Shown here: in pieces, positions 39,581 through 49,440 of the stretch | How positions within the stretch are numbered: position 1 is the first letter of the stretch | How the letters are laid out: each line of letters starts with the position of its first letter | NCBI GenBank assembly: GCA_050011875.1 | Contig: JBEKIG010000004.1 | Location: 32,001 to 96,000 of the forward strand | Direction of reading: 5' to 3' | From: Nitrososphaeria archaeon | GTDB taxonomy: Archaea; Thermoproteota; Nitrososphaeria; JACIWG01 | DNA: 64,000 bases | Made by a program: the position numbers and the translations under genes | Notes under the pieces: model-generated | Seen by the model: only the letters and a program-made list of their open reading frames with translations | The model's database searches: none | What the model was told of the DNA's origin: nothing

Positions 39581-40299
39581 GGGAAGCTTCAGTCAGCAAG
39601 AAGAGCAGGGTCGTAGTAGGTCTGGACCTAACATCTGAAGATTTTAGTCAGTTGGCGCAAAAGGCTGAGCATATTATAGATCTTGTTCAAGGAGAAATAT
39701 GTGCTGTCAAAATAAATTTTCATCTTATAATCCCCCTCGGAATATCTGAATTGAGCAGAATTGTGACAGAAGCGCACAAACATGGCCTGCAGGCGATTGC
39801 TGATATTAAACTCAACGATATATCTTCAACAAATCTAGCAGCCACAGAAATATTATGGAAAGTCGGCTTCGATGCCGTTATATCAAATCCCTTTGTCGGT
39901 TTCGTTGAAGGTCTTGGGCCGTGTTTAGATGAAGCTCATAAAAGAGGGAAAGGCATGATCCTTCTAATATATATGAGTCACAGAGGTGCCGTCGAAAACT
40001 ATGAACTAGATGTTCTTTATGAAGGACAGGTGCAGAAGATGTACGATCTCTTCGTACAAAGAGCGATAAGCTGGGCCGTTGACGGACTCGTAGTTGGTGC
40101 GACAAAGCCTGAAATAATAGCCCACGTAAAAGAAGAAGCCAGAGGCATACCAATTTTTTCTCCTGGCCTAATTGCGCAAGGGGGAGACCCTAAAGAGGCT
40201 GTTAAAGCGGGCGCAGACTACCTTATAGTTGCGAGGGGAATAATAGCGGCTGCCGATCCTCTCTTAAAAGCAAGAGAAATACGAGCTGCAACATGGTAG
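39559..40299 (+). CDS. pyrF: Orotidine-5'-phosphate decarboxylase
   Basis: VVGLD, DIKLNDISST, VVGAT and SPG..QGG motifs. Confidence 0.9.
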   Translation: MAFAQRIREASVSKKSRVVVGLDLTSEDFSQLAQKAEHIIDLVQGEICAVKINFHLIIPLGISELSRIVTEAHKHGLQAIADIKLNDISSTNLAATEILWKVGFDAVISNPFVGFVEGLGPCLDEAHKRGKGMILLIYMSHRGAVENYELDVLYEGQVQKMYDLFVQRAISWAVDGLVVGATKPEIIAHVKEEARGIPIFSPGLIAQGGDPKEAVKAGADYLIVARGIIAAADPLLKAREIRAATW

Positions 40300-40385
40300 C
40301 GATGATTTTTTACAGTTGTCCAAATAATTTCAAAAAATAAGCAAGCTTTTATAATAAGGCACATCCCTTTGAGGGACGAAGCGTA

Positions 40386-41849
40386 ATGGAACATTTAAAG
40401 TTTACAAGGAGCTTGTGCCCCATATGTTTTAACGTTGTTCCAGCTGAGCTGTTTGCTGAGAACAACGTCGTATACATGAAAAAGAAGTGTGAAGAACACG
40501 GGGAATTTGAAGATATTTACATGTCAGATTACAGATGGTATAAGAGAGCTCAGCGTTTCGAGCGACTAGGGGGAGGAATAAGTAATCCTAGAACAAGAAG
40601 GAAGATAGGTTGCCCGCGCGACTGTGGCATATGTAATGAACACAAATCCCAAACTCTCCTAGGCATAATTGATGTCACAAACGCATGTAACCTCAGATGT
40701 CCGATATGTTTTGCAAACGCTGCCGCGGTAGGATACCTCTATCAACCAACTTTGGAACAGATCAAAGGGATGCTTGATAATCTGTACCATAACACGCCTG
40801 TTCCAACATTAGCTGTTCAACTTAGTGGCGGTGAACCAACTTTAAGGGATGACCTACCGGAAATAGTAAGTTATGCGGGGAAGATAGGCATACCCCATGT
40901 TGAGGTCAACACGAATGGTGTGAGGATAGCTAGGGACGTCGACTATCTTAAGAAGCTTATAGAAGGGGGAGTCAGCACTTTTTACCTTTCGTTTGACAGT
41001 TTGACAAAGGAAGCTTATTTGAAGATGAAAGGTGCCGATCTACTTGACTTAAAGCACAAGGCTTTACAGAATATTCGAGAAGTTGGTTTCCACAGCGTAG
41101 TGCTTGTGCCAACTATTGTAAAGGGGATAAACGACAATGAAATAGGTTCAATTATCGAATTCGGTATAAAAAACAGTGACATAGTTAGATGTGTGAACTT
41201 CCAGCCTGTATCCTTTGCAGGCAGGATAGAGACTTCAAAGTTGAAAGAATTCAGAGTGACAACTTCAGATATAATAAACAACGCTGAAAAACAGACGGAC
41301 GGTAAGATTAAAATGGATGACTGGTATCCAGTTCCCTTCATCGCACCAATATCGGATTTCATAGCTGGATTGAAAGGGAAACCTCAACCAACTTTTACCG
41401 TTCACCAAAATTGTGGCGCAGCGACATTCTTAGTCGCAGAGGATAATGGCGACAGCTACGAGCCCATAACCAAATACGCGAACGTAGAAAGATTTGTGCA
41501 AGACCTATCAAAGGCAGCGGTCGCGCTGCAATCGGGTAAAAGGACGCAGGGGAAACTTAGAGCCGCTTCCGCACTTAGACACGTCAGTCTAGGGTTGTCT
41601 ACTTCATTAGTAAAAGGCTTTCTTTCAAATGGGACCTACAATTCGCTTGGTAAGTTCATGAGAAAAATAGTAATGGTTGGCGACATGCACTTTATGGACC
41701 CATACAACTTTGACCTTGAAAGGGTTGAGAGATGCGGAATTCATTACGCAACGCCTGATGGAAGAATAATACCCTTCTGCACAATGAACACGCTCTACAG
41801 ACCTGAAATTGAGAAGGCTTTTTCTATAGCGTACAATAAGAAAGAATAA
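40386..41849 (+). CDS. tes: Tetraether lipid synthase (Tes/GDGT-MAS, MJ0619 family radical SAM)
   Basis: SLCPIC..KCEEHG, CPRDCGIC..H, CNLRCPIC and RCGIHYATPDGRIIPFC motifs. Confidence 0.8.
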   Translation: MEHLKFTRSLCPICFNVVPAELFAENNVVYMKKKCEEHGEFEDIYMSDYRWYKRAQRFERLGGGISNPRTRRKIGCPRDCGICNEHKSQTLLGIIDVTNACNLRCPICFANAAAVGYLYQPTLEQIKGMLDNLYHNTPVPTLAVQLSGGEPTLRDDLPEIVSYAGKIGIPHVEVNTNGVRIARDVDYLKKLIEGGVSTFYLSFDSLTKEAYLKMKGADLLDLKHKALQNIREVGFHSVVLVPTIVKGINDNEIGSIIEFGIKNSDIVRCVNFQPVSFAGRIETSKLKEFRVTTSDIINNAEKQTDGKIKMDDWYPVPFIAPISDFIAGLKGKPQPTFTVHQNCGAATFLVAEDNGDSYEPITKYANVERFVQDLSKAAVALQSGKRTQGKLRAASALRHVSLGLSTSLVKGFLSNGTYNSLGKFMRKIVMVGDMHFMDPYNFDLERVERCGIHYATPDGRIIPFCTMNTLYRPEIEKAFSIAYNKKE

Positions 41850-41854
41850 GATAG

Positions 41855-44476
41855 CTACCGTCTAATTCTGCCCAAGACTATCGCACACCCAATCATGACA
41901 ATGATACCGATAGCAATAGGGATCAAGTATCTCGCAGTCAAATTTTCTGAAACTGTTAAAGACTGCGACGTCGGAGGTGAACTCATGGTTTCACCTTTGA
42001 AGCTATAATATATCTTTGTCGTATTAATCTGATAGTCTCTAGGTGATGAAGAAGATATATATAGAGTACTTGATTCCTGCTTTTCTCCTTCAAGGGCTGA
42101 AATCTGAACCGTATCCGATCCATTGATTATTTTAAATTGCGAAGGCAACAGCACCTTGTACGAGATATTATTTACTGTAACATTTGCGACGTTGTTTGTT
42201 GTTACCTCTATTTTAATAGACTTTCCTTCTTCAGTCGCACCAACCTGGTTTAATGTTACCTGCGGAGGTGGATAAGAGGTTACAAGAATTGTCTGAGAGC
42301 TTACGTTCATGCTCCTTCCTGCGAAGAAGAACGTGGCGTTAGATGAAATATCGTTTGTACCGACACCGTTGAACTTAAGGTTAAAATCGATTTTTTCTTG
42401 TGAGCCTGCTCTCATAAGAGCAGTTGTAAAGTTAGAGGATGTTACCGTAAAATTGGAACCAGTGTTCAGTTGCGTTTCTAACCTGAACACATCTTGGTCT
42501 CCATTATTGTTAACTATATAATATCCTGTTGTATTGTACGTAGCGAAAGCGGCCCTATCTGCCAAGTTAAGTGAAATTGATAGAGCTAAAGGTACGCCGT
42601 CAGACGTGCTTACAGCCGTAAACGTTATTCCCCCAACCTGGTAAAAAGATGAGGCTGGCGGAAGGACATAGTTCCTGCCGAGGTTTTCGACTTCACATAA
42701 GTAGGTGTAATTCATTGTCTCAGAACTATTGATGCTTTTGACAAGCTTTGTAAGAACTCCATTTTTTTCTGAAAAACTACCGTTGATGAAGTTTAACCCA
42801 GAAGGTAGGCTGTCCGTTATCGTCACATTTGAAGCCTTCGCTACGCCCAAATTTTGGGCGCTAATGCTGAAGTTTAGAAAAATTTTTTCTCCTACAGTTA
42901 ACTGGTCTACTTCCTTTGTGAGATTTATCAGTGGAATGTTCATGGTGTTGAACGAGTTTATGAGGGTTAAGTTATTTGACGTACTAGATCTTTTCTGAGA
43001 GCCATCCGACCAAGAACAGATGTAAGAGTTTTCCGAATTGGGGGATGAAATGTTGCTTAGGGACGATTGGATTATCACCTGTGAGCTTTCACCTTCTGGT
43101 AGAAGGCTTAGAAACTGCCCGCCGTAAGTAAGGTTAAAGGCCGCAAACTTGCCTTCATTTGAAACTCTTACTGTGACCTGATTTGGGGTTCCGAAGCTGG
43201 TTAGAGCCGTCGAAGTCTGGGCTGTTACGTAGACAGATGGCCCGTTTTCGTTAAGGGTGAGGTATAGATCATTCGTTGAAGAGAGAAGCTGCATTGTTTC
43301 CCCTCCGACATTCCAATAATATATAACACTTGATGGAGGAACATAATATTCTTCGGCTGAGCTCGACGTCAATTTGATTCTATAAACTATGGTGCGATTC
43401 CCTCCTGGCGCTAGGGAATCGATTTTACCTGACGAATTTCCTGCGGTAAGAGTGAATATTCCATCCTTTGACCACCAGTCATCGTTATAGGAGATATTAG
43501 ATGCTGTCGATGTACCTATGTTCGCTATATTGAGCTGAACCTCCATTTCTTCGTTCACGTTAAGTGTTCCTTGGGAAATCTCTCTGTATGAGATAAGAGA
43601 AGGTGTGCCTGAGGAAAGTGTAACATTTGGAAATGAAAGGCTACCCTCTACTGGAACAGAAATAGAAAGTTCGGATGTCTTTAACTGAAAATTCCTATTT
43701 ATGGTGCCCACGTCGCTTGAAATTATTATCTGACCGTATGTGATTAGTTTGAAGCTGCTTAGATCAGATTGATTAGAGGCATCGACCTTCTGCTGTCCAA
43801 AGAACGTGGCGCCGATGCTAACAGTATTGCCTATCGAGATTGGTGCGTCGATGAAATCGACGATGACGCTTCTTTCGAAGCCTCCACCGCTATTCCTTCC
43901 TATCAAGGAGAACTGAGAGATTGCCCTAGACTCTAGTTCAGAGAGAGTAACAAGGCTGCTAAATCCTCCATAGGATTGCGGATACATGGACCAGATGAAG
44001 CTATTTATTACTTCGTCAAAGTTTGACGGCGCCGCAAACACATATGTACCTCCAAAAGTGCCATATGGCGAGAAAGAGAGACCGGTGAAGTTTCCAAGGG
44101 CAGAAGCAAACTGGCTTGCAGAATTAAAGGAGTCCGCTTTGACATAGAGAAATGCGCTATCCGACGACACATATTCAGATAAAGTCAAATTGTATCCCAA
44201 GTTTGAAAAGTAGATGTATTGGGTTGGCCAAGAATTGAATCTACCAATAAAAAGCTTATAGTATGAGACGTCGGGGAAAGAGGATTCGACGGTTTTTATT
44301 CCGTTAAAACCTATTCCTGTTCCAGTAAAGTTGAATCGGGTAAGAGCACTGTTACCTATTAAATAAAGTGAAATATTTTCATTGTAAACGTTCACCGATT
44401 GAGCGTAGCTTAATGGGACAATAAAGGCAGTAATCATAATTAATAAAATAATTATTGATATAACCTTTCTTTGCAT
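41855..44476 (-). CDS. Large surface protein (S-layer/DUF11/BatD-like Ig repeats)
   Basis: Signal peptide, repeated N.G..A.NV.I.D.LP motifs, many N-x-S/T sites and a C-terminal TM anchor. Confidence 0.7.
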   Translation of the reverse strand: MQRKVISIIILLIMITAFIVPLSYAQSVNVYNENISLYLIGNSALTRFNFTGTGIGFNGIKTVESSFPDVSYYKLFIGRFNSWPTQYIYFSNLGYNLTLSEYVSSDSAFLYVKADSFNSASQFASALGNFTGLSFSPYGTFGGTYVFAAPSNFDEVINSFIWSMYPQSYGGFSSLVTLSELESRAISQFSLIGRNSGGGFERSVIVDFIDAPISIGNTVSIGATFFGQQKVDASNQSDLSSFKLITYGQIIISSDVGTINRNFQLKTSELSISVPVEGSLSFPNVTLSSGTPSLISYREISQGTLNVNEEMEVQLNIANIGTSTASNISYNDDWWSKDGIFTLTAGNSSGKIDSLAPGGNRTIVYRIKLTSSSAEEYYVPPSSVIYYWNVGGETMQLLSSTNDLYLTLNENGPSVYVTAQTSTALTSFGTPNQVTVRVSNEGKFAAFNLTYGGQFLSLLPEGESSQVIIQSSLSNISSPNSENSYICSWSDGSQKRSSTSNNLTLINSFNTMNIPLINLTKEVDQLTVGEKIFLNFSISAQNLGVAKASNVTITDSLPSGLNFINGSFSEKNGVLTKLVKSINSSETMNYTYLCEVENLGRNYVLPPASSFYQVGGITFTAVSTSDGVPLALSISLNLADRAAFATYNTTGYYIVNNNGDQDVFRLETQLNTGSNFTVTSSNFTTALMRAGSQEKIDFNLKFNGVGTNDISSNATFFFAGRSMNVSSQTILVTSYPPPQVTLNQVGATEEGKSIKIEVTTNNVANVTVNNISYKVLLPSQFKIINGSDTVQISALEGEKQESSTLYISSSSPRDYQINTTKIYYSFKGETMSSPPTSQSLTVSENLTARYLIPIAIGIIVMIGCAIVLGRIRR

Positions 44477-44534
44477 ACCTCGACCTATTCAAACTTTCCT
44501 ATATATATTATTATAAGAGGAACTACCTTGAACT

Positions 44535-45524
44535 TTACTTCTTTGACTCTTCTGGATCAGCGATGCCGCCTTCGGTTAACGTGAAGATGGTGTCAGCTTC
44601 AGCATGATATGGACTATCGACGATACGAGCTATCCTGTTCTTACCCGATTTTCTCAAATAGATCCGATACGTGCTTGAATGCGCCATTATGTGACCGCCC
44701 GTAGGCCGGGTTGGGTCTCCAAAGAAGCTGTCCGGTGCGGCTTGAACCTGGTTTGTTATAACAACCGCGATATGATATATTTCGGAAAGCCTTATCAGAG
44801 TGTGAAGATATCTGTTGAGCCTCTGCTGTCTGTCCGCTAAGGTTCCTCTTCCCAAAAACTCTGATCTGAAGTGTGTCATCGAAGAATCAACTATCACAAG
44901 CTTGCACTTTTCCTTTTCAATATAGTTTGGAATTTCTCTGGTCAAGAGTTCCTGATGGCTCGTATTATAGGCTTTCCCGACAAATATACGTTTTAGAACT
45001 TCATCCGGATCAAGTCCCTTGTTTTCAGCTATGGAAACAATTCTTTCAGGTCTGAAGGTGTTCTCAGTGTCTATGTAAACGGCTCCAGAACTTAGTCCTT
45101 TTTTCTCCTTAGGCAGCTGGACAGTTACACATAGAGTGTGACAGATCTGGGTCTTGCCTGTTCCGAATTCACCATAAAATTCCGTTAGAGCTTCGACTTC
45201 TATTCCACCGCTTAAAAGATTGTCTACATTATTGGACCCTGTGGTTATCCTCTCAATCATTAATCTACGTTTAAGAACGTCACTCGCAAGGGAGAACTGG
45301 CTTTCCATTAATCCTAGTTCGGTCAACTTCTTTCTAGAACGATTTGACATTTCAACAGCTTTATCATAGTTTATACCAAGAGTTTCTGAAAGCTCAACTG
45401 GACCTAGGGTCATCAACTGCCTGATATCACATATTCCTGCAGCATAGAGCTTGTCCCTTGTGACGGGTCCAATTCCATCTATGCTCTCTACATCTAGTTC
45501 GTCTTCTTCTACCAACTTACTCAT
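44535..45524 (-). CDS. radA: DNA repair and recombination protein RadA
   Basis: GEFGTGKT, YIDTENTFRPERI, FRSEFLGRGTLADRQQ and VDSP motifs. Confidence 0.97.
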   Translation of the reverse strand: MSKLVEEDELDVESIDGIGPVTRDKLYAAGICDIRQLMTLGPVELSETLGINYDKAVEMSNRSRKKLTELGLMESQFSLASDVLKRRLMIERITTGSNNVDNLLSGGIEVEALTEFYGEFGTGKTQICHTLCVTVQLPKEKKGLSSGAVYIDTENTFRPERIVSIAENKGLDPDEVLKRIFVGKAYNTSHQELLTREIPNYIEKEKCKLVIVDSSMTHFRSEFLGRGTLADRQQRLNRYLHTLIRLSEIYHIAVVITNQVQAAPDSFFGDPTRPTGGHIMAHSSTYRIYLRKSGKNRIARIVDSPYHAEADTIFTLTEGGIADPEESKK

Positions 45525-45560
45525 AAGGGTATAGAATGGGTTTGTTTTTAATCTATCTTT

Positions 45561-46874
45561 TTATGGGTTGAGACGCGTCGGTGTCCTTGGAAACAGTGAA
45601 GCAGCACGGATATGTTTGAGACCGCACAGCCATCTTGTTAATCTTTCAACACCAAGCCCAAATCCTGAATGCGGCGGCAACCCGTACTTTCTGAGTTCCA
45701 GATACCATTCAAAACTCTGTTTCGGAAGCTCTTGCTGCAAAACCCTTCTTTCAAGTTCTTGATAGTCGCTCAACCTTTGTCCTCCGGTTGTTATTTCGCC
45801 ATAACCTTCAGGCGCGATGAGGTCAGAAGACAATGTGACCTTATCGTTATCCGGTTTCGTCATATGGTAGAAGCTTCTTGCAGAGAGTGGAAATTCTTTA
45901 ACGAAGACAGGTTTGTCGAACTCGTTTGAAATTATTTTTTCACCTTCTGTCGGAATATCTTCCCCCCATTCGAAATTCACACCCTTTTTAATAAGAAGAT
46001 TTCTTGCCTCATCATATGTTATCCTATAGAACGGCAGTTCTGGGGGGATAAACTTTCTTCCTAAAATCTTTAACTCGAACGAGCATTCTTGAGCTACTCT
46101 TTGCGCTATGCTACAGATTAGTTCTTCCTCTAAACGCATGATGTCCTCGTGCGTTGCGAAAGCTACTTCAGATTCTATCATCCAAAATTCCGTAAGATGT
46201 TTTGATGTCTTCGATTTTTCTGCTCTAAAGCATGGCTCAACGGTCCAAACTCTTTCAAGCGCAAATATCGCCGCTTCCTCATATAGTTGAGCGCTCTGCG
46301 TCAGGTAGGCCTTTTGCCCAAAGTAGTCAACTTCAAAAAGTGTAGATCCCCCTTCACATGCAGACTGCACAATCGATGGAGCGCTAATTAAGTAGAAGCT
46401 GTTCCTAAAGAAATAGTCCGCAGTTGCCTCGATGACTTTTGATCTGACCTTTATAACTGAAGAAGCTTTCTTCCCCCTTATCGAGAGGTGCCTCATGTCA
46501 TACAGGTAAGAAGGAGACTTTACCGCACTTTTTGTAATGGGCCAGACATCTGATTTTGCGATAACTTCAAGACTGTCGGCGACTATTTCTAAACCATATG
46601 GCGCCCTTTTATCCACCTTAGTTTTTCCACTGATCTTTACAGCCGATTCGATAGTCAGATTCTTAACCTCTTCAAATACAGAGGGTGATACATTTCCTTT
46701 CTTGACAGTTGTCTGGATAAATCCACTGCCATCCCTTATGGTGAGAAAGATCATCCCCCCTATCCAACTCTTATTCTGAACCCATCCTAAGATTGTTGCC
46801 TGTTGCGCTCTTTGATCAGAAATAAGTTCTCTTATTGTATGGGTTCTTCCACCGACCTTAAATTTTGTGCTCAA
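45561..46874 (-). CDS. asnS: Asparagine--tRNA ligase (class IIb Asx family)
   Basis: OB-fold N-terminus; EGGSTLF..YLTQSAQLY, FRAEKS..HLTEFW and PHSGFGLGVER motifs. Confidence 0.75.
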   Translation of the reverse strand: MSTKFKVGGRTHTIRELISDQRAQQATILGWVQNKSWIGGMIFLTIRDGSGFIQTTVKKGNVSPSVFEEVKNLTIESAVKISGKTKVDKRAPYGLEIVADSLEVIAKSDVWPITKSAVKSPSYLYDMRHLSIRGKKASSVIKVRSKVIEATADYFFRNSFYLISAPSIVQSACEGGSTLFEVDYFGQKAYLTQSAQLYEEAAIFALERVWTVEPCFRAEKSKTSKHLTEFWMIESEVAFATHEDIMRLEEELICSIAQRVAQECSFELKILGRKFIPPELPFYRITYDEARNLLIKKGVNFEWGEDIPTEGEKIISNEFDKPVFVKEFPLSARSFYHMTKPDNDKVTLSSDLIAPEGYGEITTGGQRLSDYQELERRVLQQELPKQSFEWYLELRKYGLPPHSGFGLGVERLTRWLCGLKHIRAASLFPRTPTRLNP

Positions 46875-47167
46875 TCGCAGTCTATGTAAAAGTTATAAAT
46901 TTAAAATTTTAATGGTCCTTTAAGAATTTTTGTCGATGGGAATAGGTGCCTTAGATCACCCGATTAGAATCTGATTTGAAGCTCACCTTTCTCCACAGAT
47001 CTTAAGCCCTACTATTGCTATTTCTTGCTTCCCTAGTTCGGTCCTCCTGATCCTTCAGCCATCGGTCTTTGGTGGAGTGGTCATGGACTGTGTTGTTCCC
47101 ATAGGCTTGCATGGCGCAATTTTTTTGGCGAATCTAGAAATTTCTAATGCCCATCTTTTAATCGGGT

Positions 47168-48340
47168 TTAGTTGAAATATTTTGTAATTTGATCGACAGT
47201 ATACTTTACCCCATCCATTTGATTAGCAATCTTTGATAGGGAAGAAATATTTGAAGCGAACGAGTAATCGGTTAAAAGCGTATCGATTCCGTCTGTTAGT
47301 CTTTGCCCATCTAAATTCTTGAGCTCGGCCATTCTTCCTATACCGAGTTTGTGCACTTTACGTGCGTTAGCGTACTGTTCTGTATGATTTTCTATAGGGA
47401 TGACAATCATCGGTTTACCGTAAATTATACCATTAGCTATTGAAGAATGCCCTCCTCTTATTACCGCAACATCTGCCAAAGAAAAGAAACCTTGCACGTC
47501 TTCACACCAATTGTAAATGAATCCGCCTTCTATCTCCGAACGTTGTACTAGACCGGCGGGTTGTCCTAGTGCAATAACATAAACACGCCGGTTGGAAGTT
47601 TCTTTCGCTGCGATAACCAACTGATTTAGAACAGGCCTAATCGTCGTAACCGGACCGCTTAACGGAGCGAAGACAAGTGTTTTTCTCCTTTTTTCAGTCA
47701 TTTTATTCACTAGCTCTTCAGTCTTCTTACTTGGGTGCGATCCATTGCGTGCCAGAAAGCCGATGAATTTTTCTTTCCCTTTAACAGCAGTTACATCGCA
47801 AAGATTCTCTTCAGATATGGTATATGGGGGAGGCAGATCTGGAAAAAGCAGTTCATCCGAAGTCCTCCACAACATGCCTAGAACGTTCGCTTCCAAGTTC
47901 TCTAGCCATTTAATCGATCTCTTTTTCCTCGCGCAAGTCGCTAAGATTCTGAGCTGATTCGTTATCGCTATAGTTTTTATACCAAACATCTTTGCAGCTA
48001 AAAGAGCATCCAATCTAGAATCCGAAACTAAAACATCAGGACGCACTTTCCCGATAATGGAAAGCTCTTTCTCTAGATAGTGGTAGGTGACCGAGGACAA
48101 ATTTTTTGACCGGGAAATCAGTTTATAAAAACTAAATGATCCTTCGACTGTCCACAGATACTTGAAGTCCTCTAAACACCAACCCTTTAAGCCTAGGGAA
48201 GTAAAATAGCTCGCGGGTACACCGCTCGAAGAGAAGGTCACCTCAAAACCTTTATCCTTAAGTGTCGCTGCAATATTTCTCATTCTCATAGCGTGGCCGA
48301 AGCCTATGCCTAAGAAAGAGATATGCACCTTACGATGCAA
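47168..48340 (-). CDS. GT-B glycosyltransferase (MurG/MJ1255-like)
   Basis: GIGFGHAMR, RPDVLVSD, RGGHSS and EQYANA motifs. Confidence 0.85.
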   Translation of the reverse strand: MHRKVHISFLGIGFGHAMRMRNIAATLKDKGFEVTFSSSGVPASYFTSLGLKGWCLEDFKYLWTVEGSFSFYKLISRSKNLSSVTYHYLEKELSIIGKVRPDVLVSDSRLDALLAAKMFGIKTIAITNQLRILATCARKKRSIKWLENLEANVLGMLWRTSDELLFPDLPPPYTISEENLCDVTAVKGKEKFIGFLARNGSHPSKKTEELVNKMTEKRRKTLVFAPLSGPVTTIRPVLNQLVIAAKETSNRRVYVIALGQPAGLVQRSEIEGGFIYNWCEDVQGFFSLADVAVIRGGHSSIANGIIYGKPMIVIPIENHTEQYANARKVHKLGIGRMAELKNLDGQRLTDGIDTLLTDYSFASNISSLSKIANQMDGVKYTVDQITKYFN

Positions 48341-48949
48341 TTATGCTCTCTTCCTAGAGATGCTGCCATCCTTTTTTTCTTCAAAAATTACTGCATTAAA
48401 CTTGTAGACCTTAACTCCTTTTTTCAGCCAAGAATCTGGTGTAGCACCAGCCTTCATGCACACATTTTCAAGATATTCATTAGAATCCCACCCGTATTCC
48501 CCAGCCACCTGTGGCAGAAGAAGACCTGAACCCCATTCCCATTCAAATACTAGGCCATCTTCACCTACCTTAATTTGTTGAGGGTATTCGAGAGGAGATT
48601 TGACGTTCACCAATTCCAGTGGTGTTAAAACGCTTACTTCAATAAGAACTTTATCCAATTCATTCTTTCTCATTGGATTAAATCTCGGGTCTTCAGTTGC
48701 AGCTGCTATGGCTGCGTCAACCACTGCGTCGGCTAAAGGCAAAAGTGGGGTTGGGTAACCTATGCACCCCCTTAGTTCAGTTACTTTACCTTTTACACGA
48801 TTTATTGTAACGAATACGCCACATTTTTCAGAAAATTTTTCTCTCACATCTTCTGGAGCAACATATCTTACTTTGTCGCTCACATATTCTTCAATAGCCT
48901 TTCTAGCCTGCTGTACTAGGAGTTTTCCATCTTCATCTGAAAGTTCCAA
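48341..48949 (-). CDS. AMMECR1 family protein (TIGR00296)
   Basis: GVFVT..LRGCIG, DPRF and GLLLPQV motifs. Confidence 0.92.
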   Translation of the reverse strand: MELSDEDGKLLVQQARKAIEEYVSDKVRYVAPEDVREKFSEKCGVFVTINRVKGKVTELRGCIGYPTPLLPLADAVVDAAIAAATEDPRFNPMRKNELDKVLIEVSVLTPLELVNVKSPLEYPQQIKVGEDGLVFEWEWGSGLLLPQVAGEYGWDSNEYLENVCMKAGATPDSWLKKGVKVYKFNAVIFEEKKDGSISRKRA

Positions 48950-48966
48950 AATTTGATTCCACCTAC

Positions 48967-49440
48967 TTACGAATCATTTAATCTTTTCTTAAGTGTTTCC
49001 TCAAAATTGCGTATCTTAGCCCAGTGGGAACCGTACCAATAGATTCTACCGCAATTCTCACATTTGTAGAAAATCCTCTTTCGCCTAAGAACCCCTTTCG
49101 GAACCCCCTCCGCTTGTGACTTGCTTATTTTTATCAGCATCGAGTTACAGTGTGGGCATCTAGAGTGTTTGGGATTCAGGTTTGGTTTCAGCCTGTAGGT
49201 TCTAAATATCTTCGTCATTCTCGAGACATCGCTGTCTAAAGGTGCTTCGACTACAGGAATCCTTTCGGAATATGCTCTCTCGATTAGGTTCTTGTCGGAG
49301 GTTATGATTACCCGTTCTTCTTTCTGTGCTGTGGCAAGAATGGTGTCATCATCCAAATTCGCTTCATAGAGAGTGTCGAAGCCGTATATTCTCATCTTCC
49401 TCGCCAGTTTGCCGTGCATGCAGTCAACTATAAACCTCAT
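48967..49440 (-). CDS. Mut7-C RNase domain protein
   Basis: FIVDCMHGKLARKMRIYGFDT, SRCPHCN and C..CGRIYWYGSH motifs. Confidence 0.9.
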   Translation of the reverse strand: MRFIVDCMHGKLARKMRIYGFDTLYEANLDDDTILATAQKEERVIITSDKNLIERAYSERIPVVEAPLDSDVSRMTKIFRTYRLKPNLNPKHSRCPHCNSMLIKISKSQAEGVPKGVLRRKRIFYKCENCGRIYWYGSHWAKIRNFEETLKKRLNDS

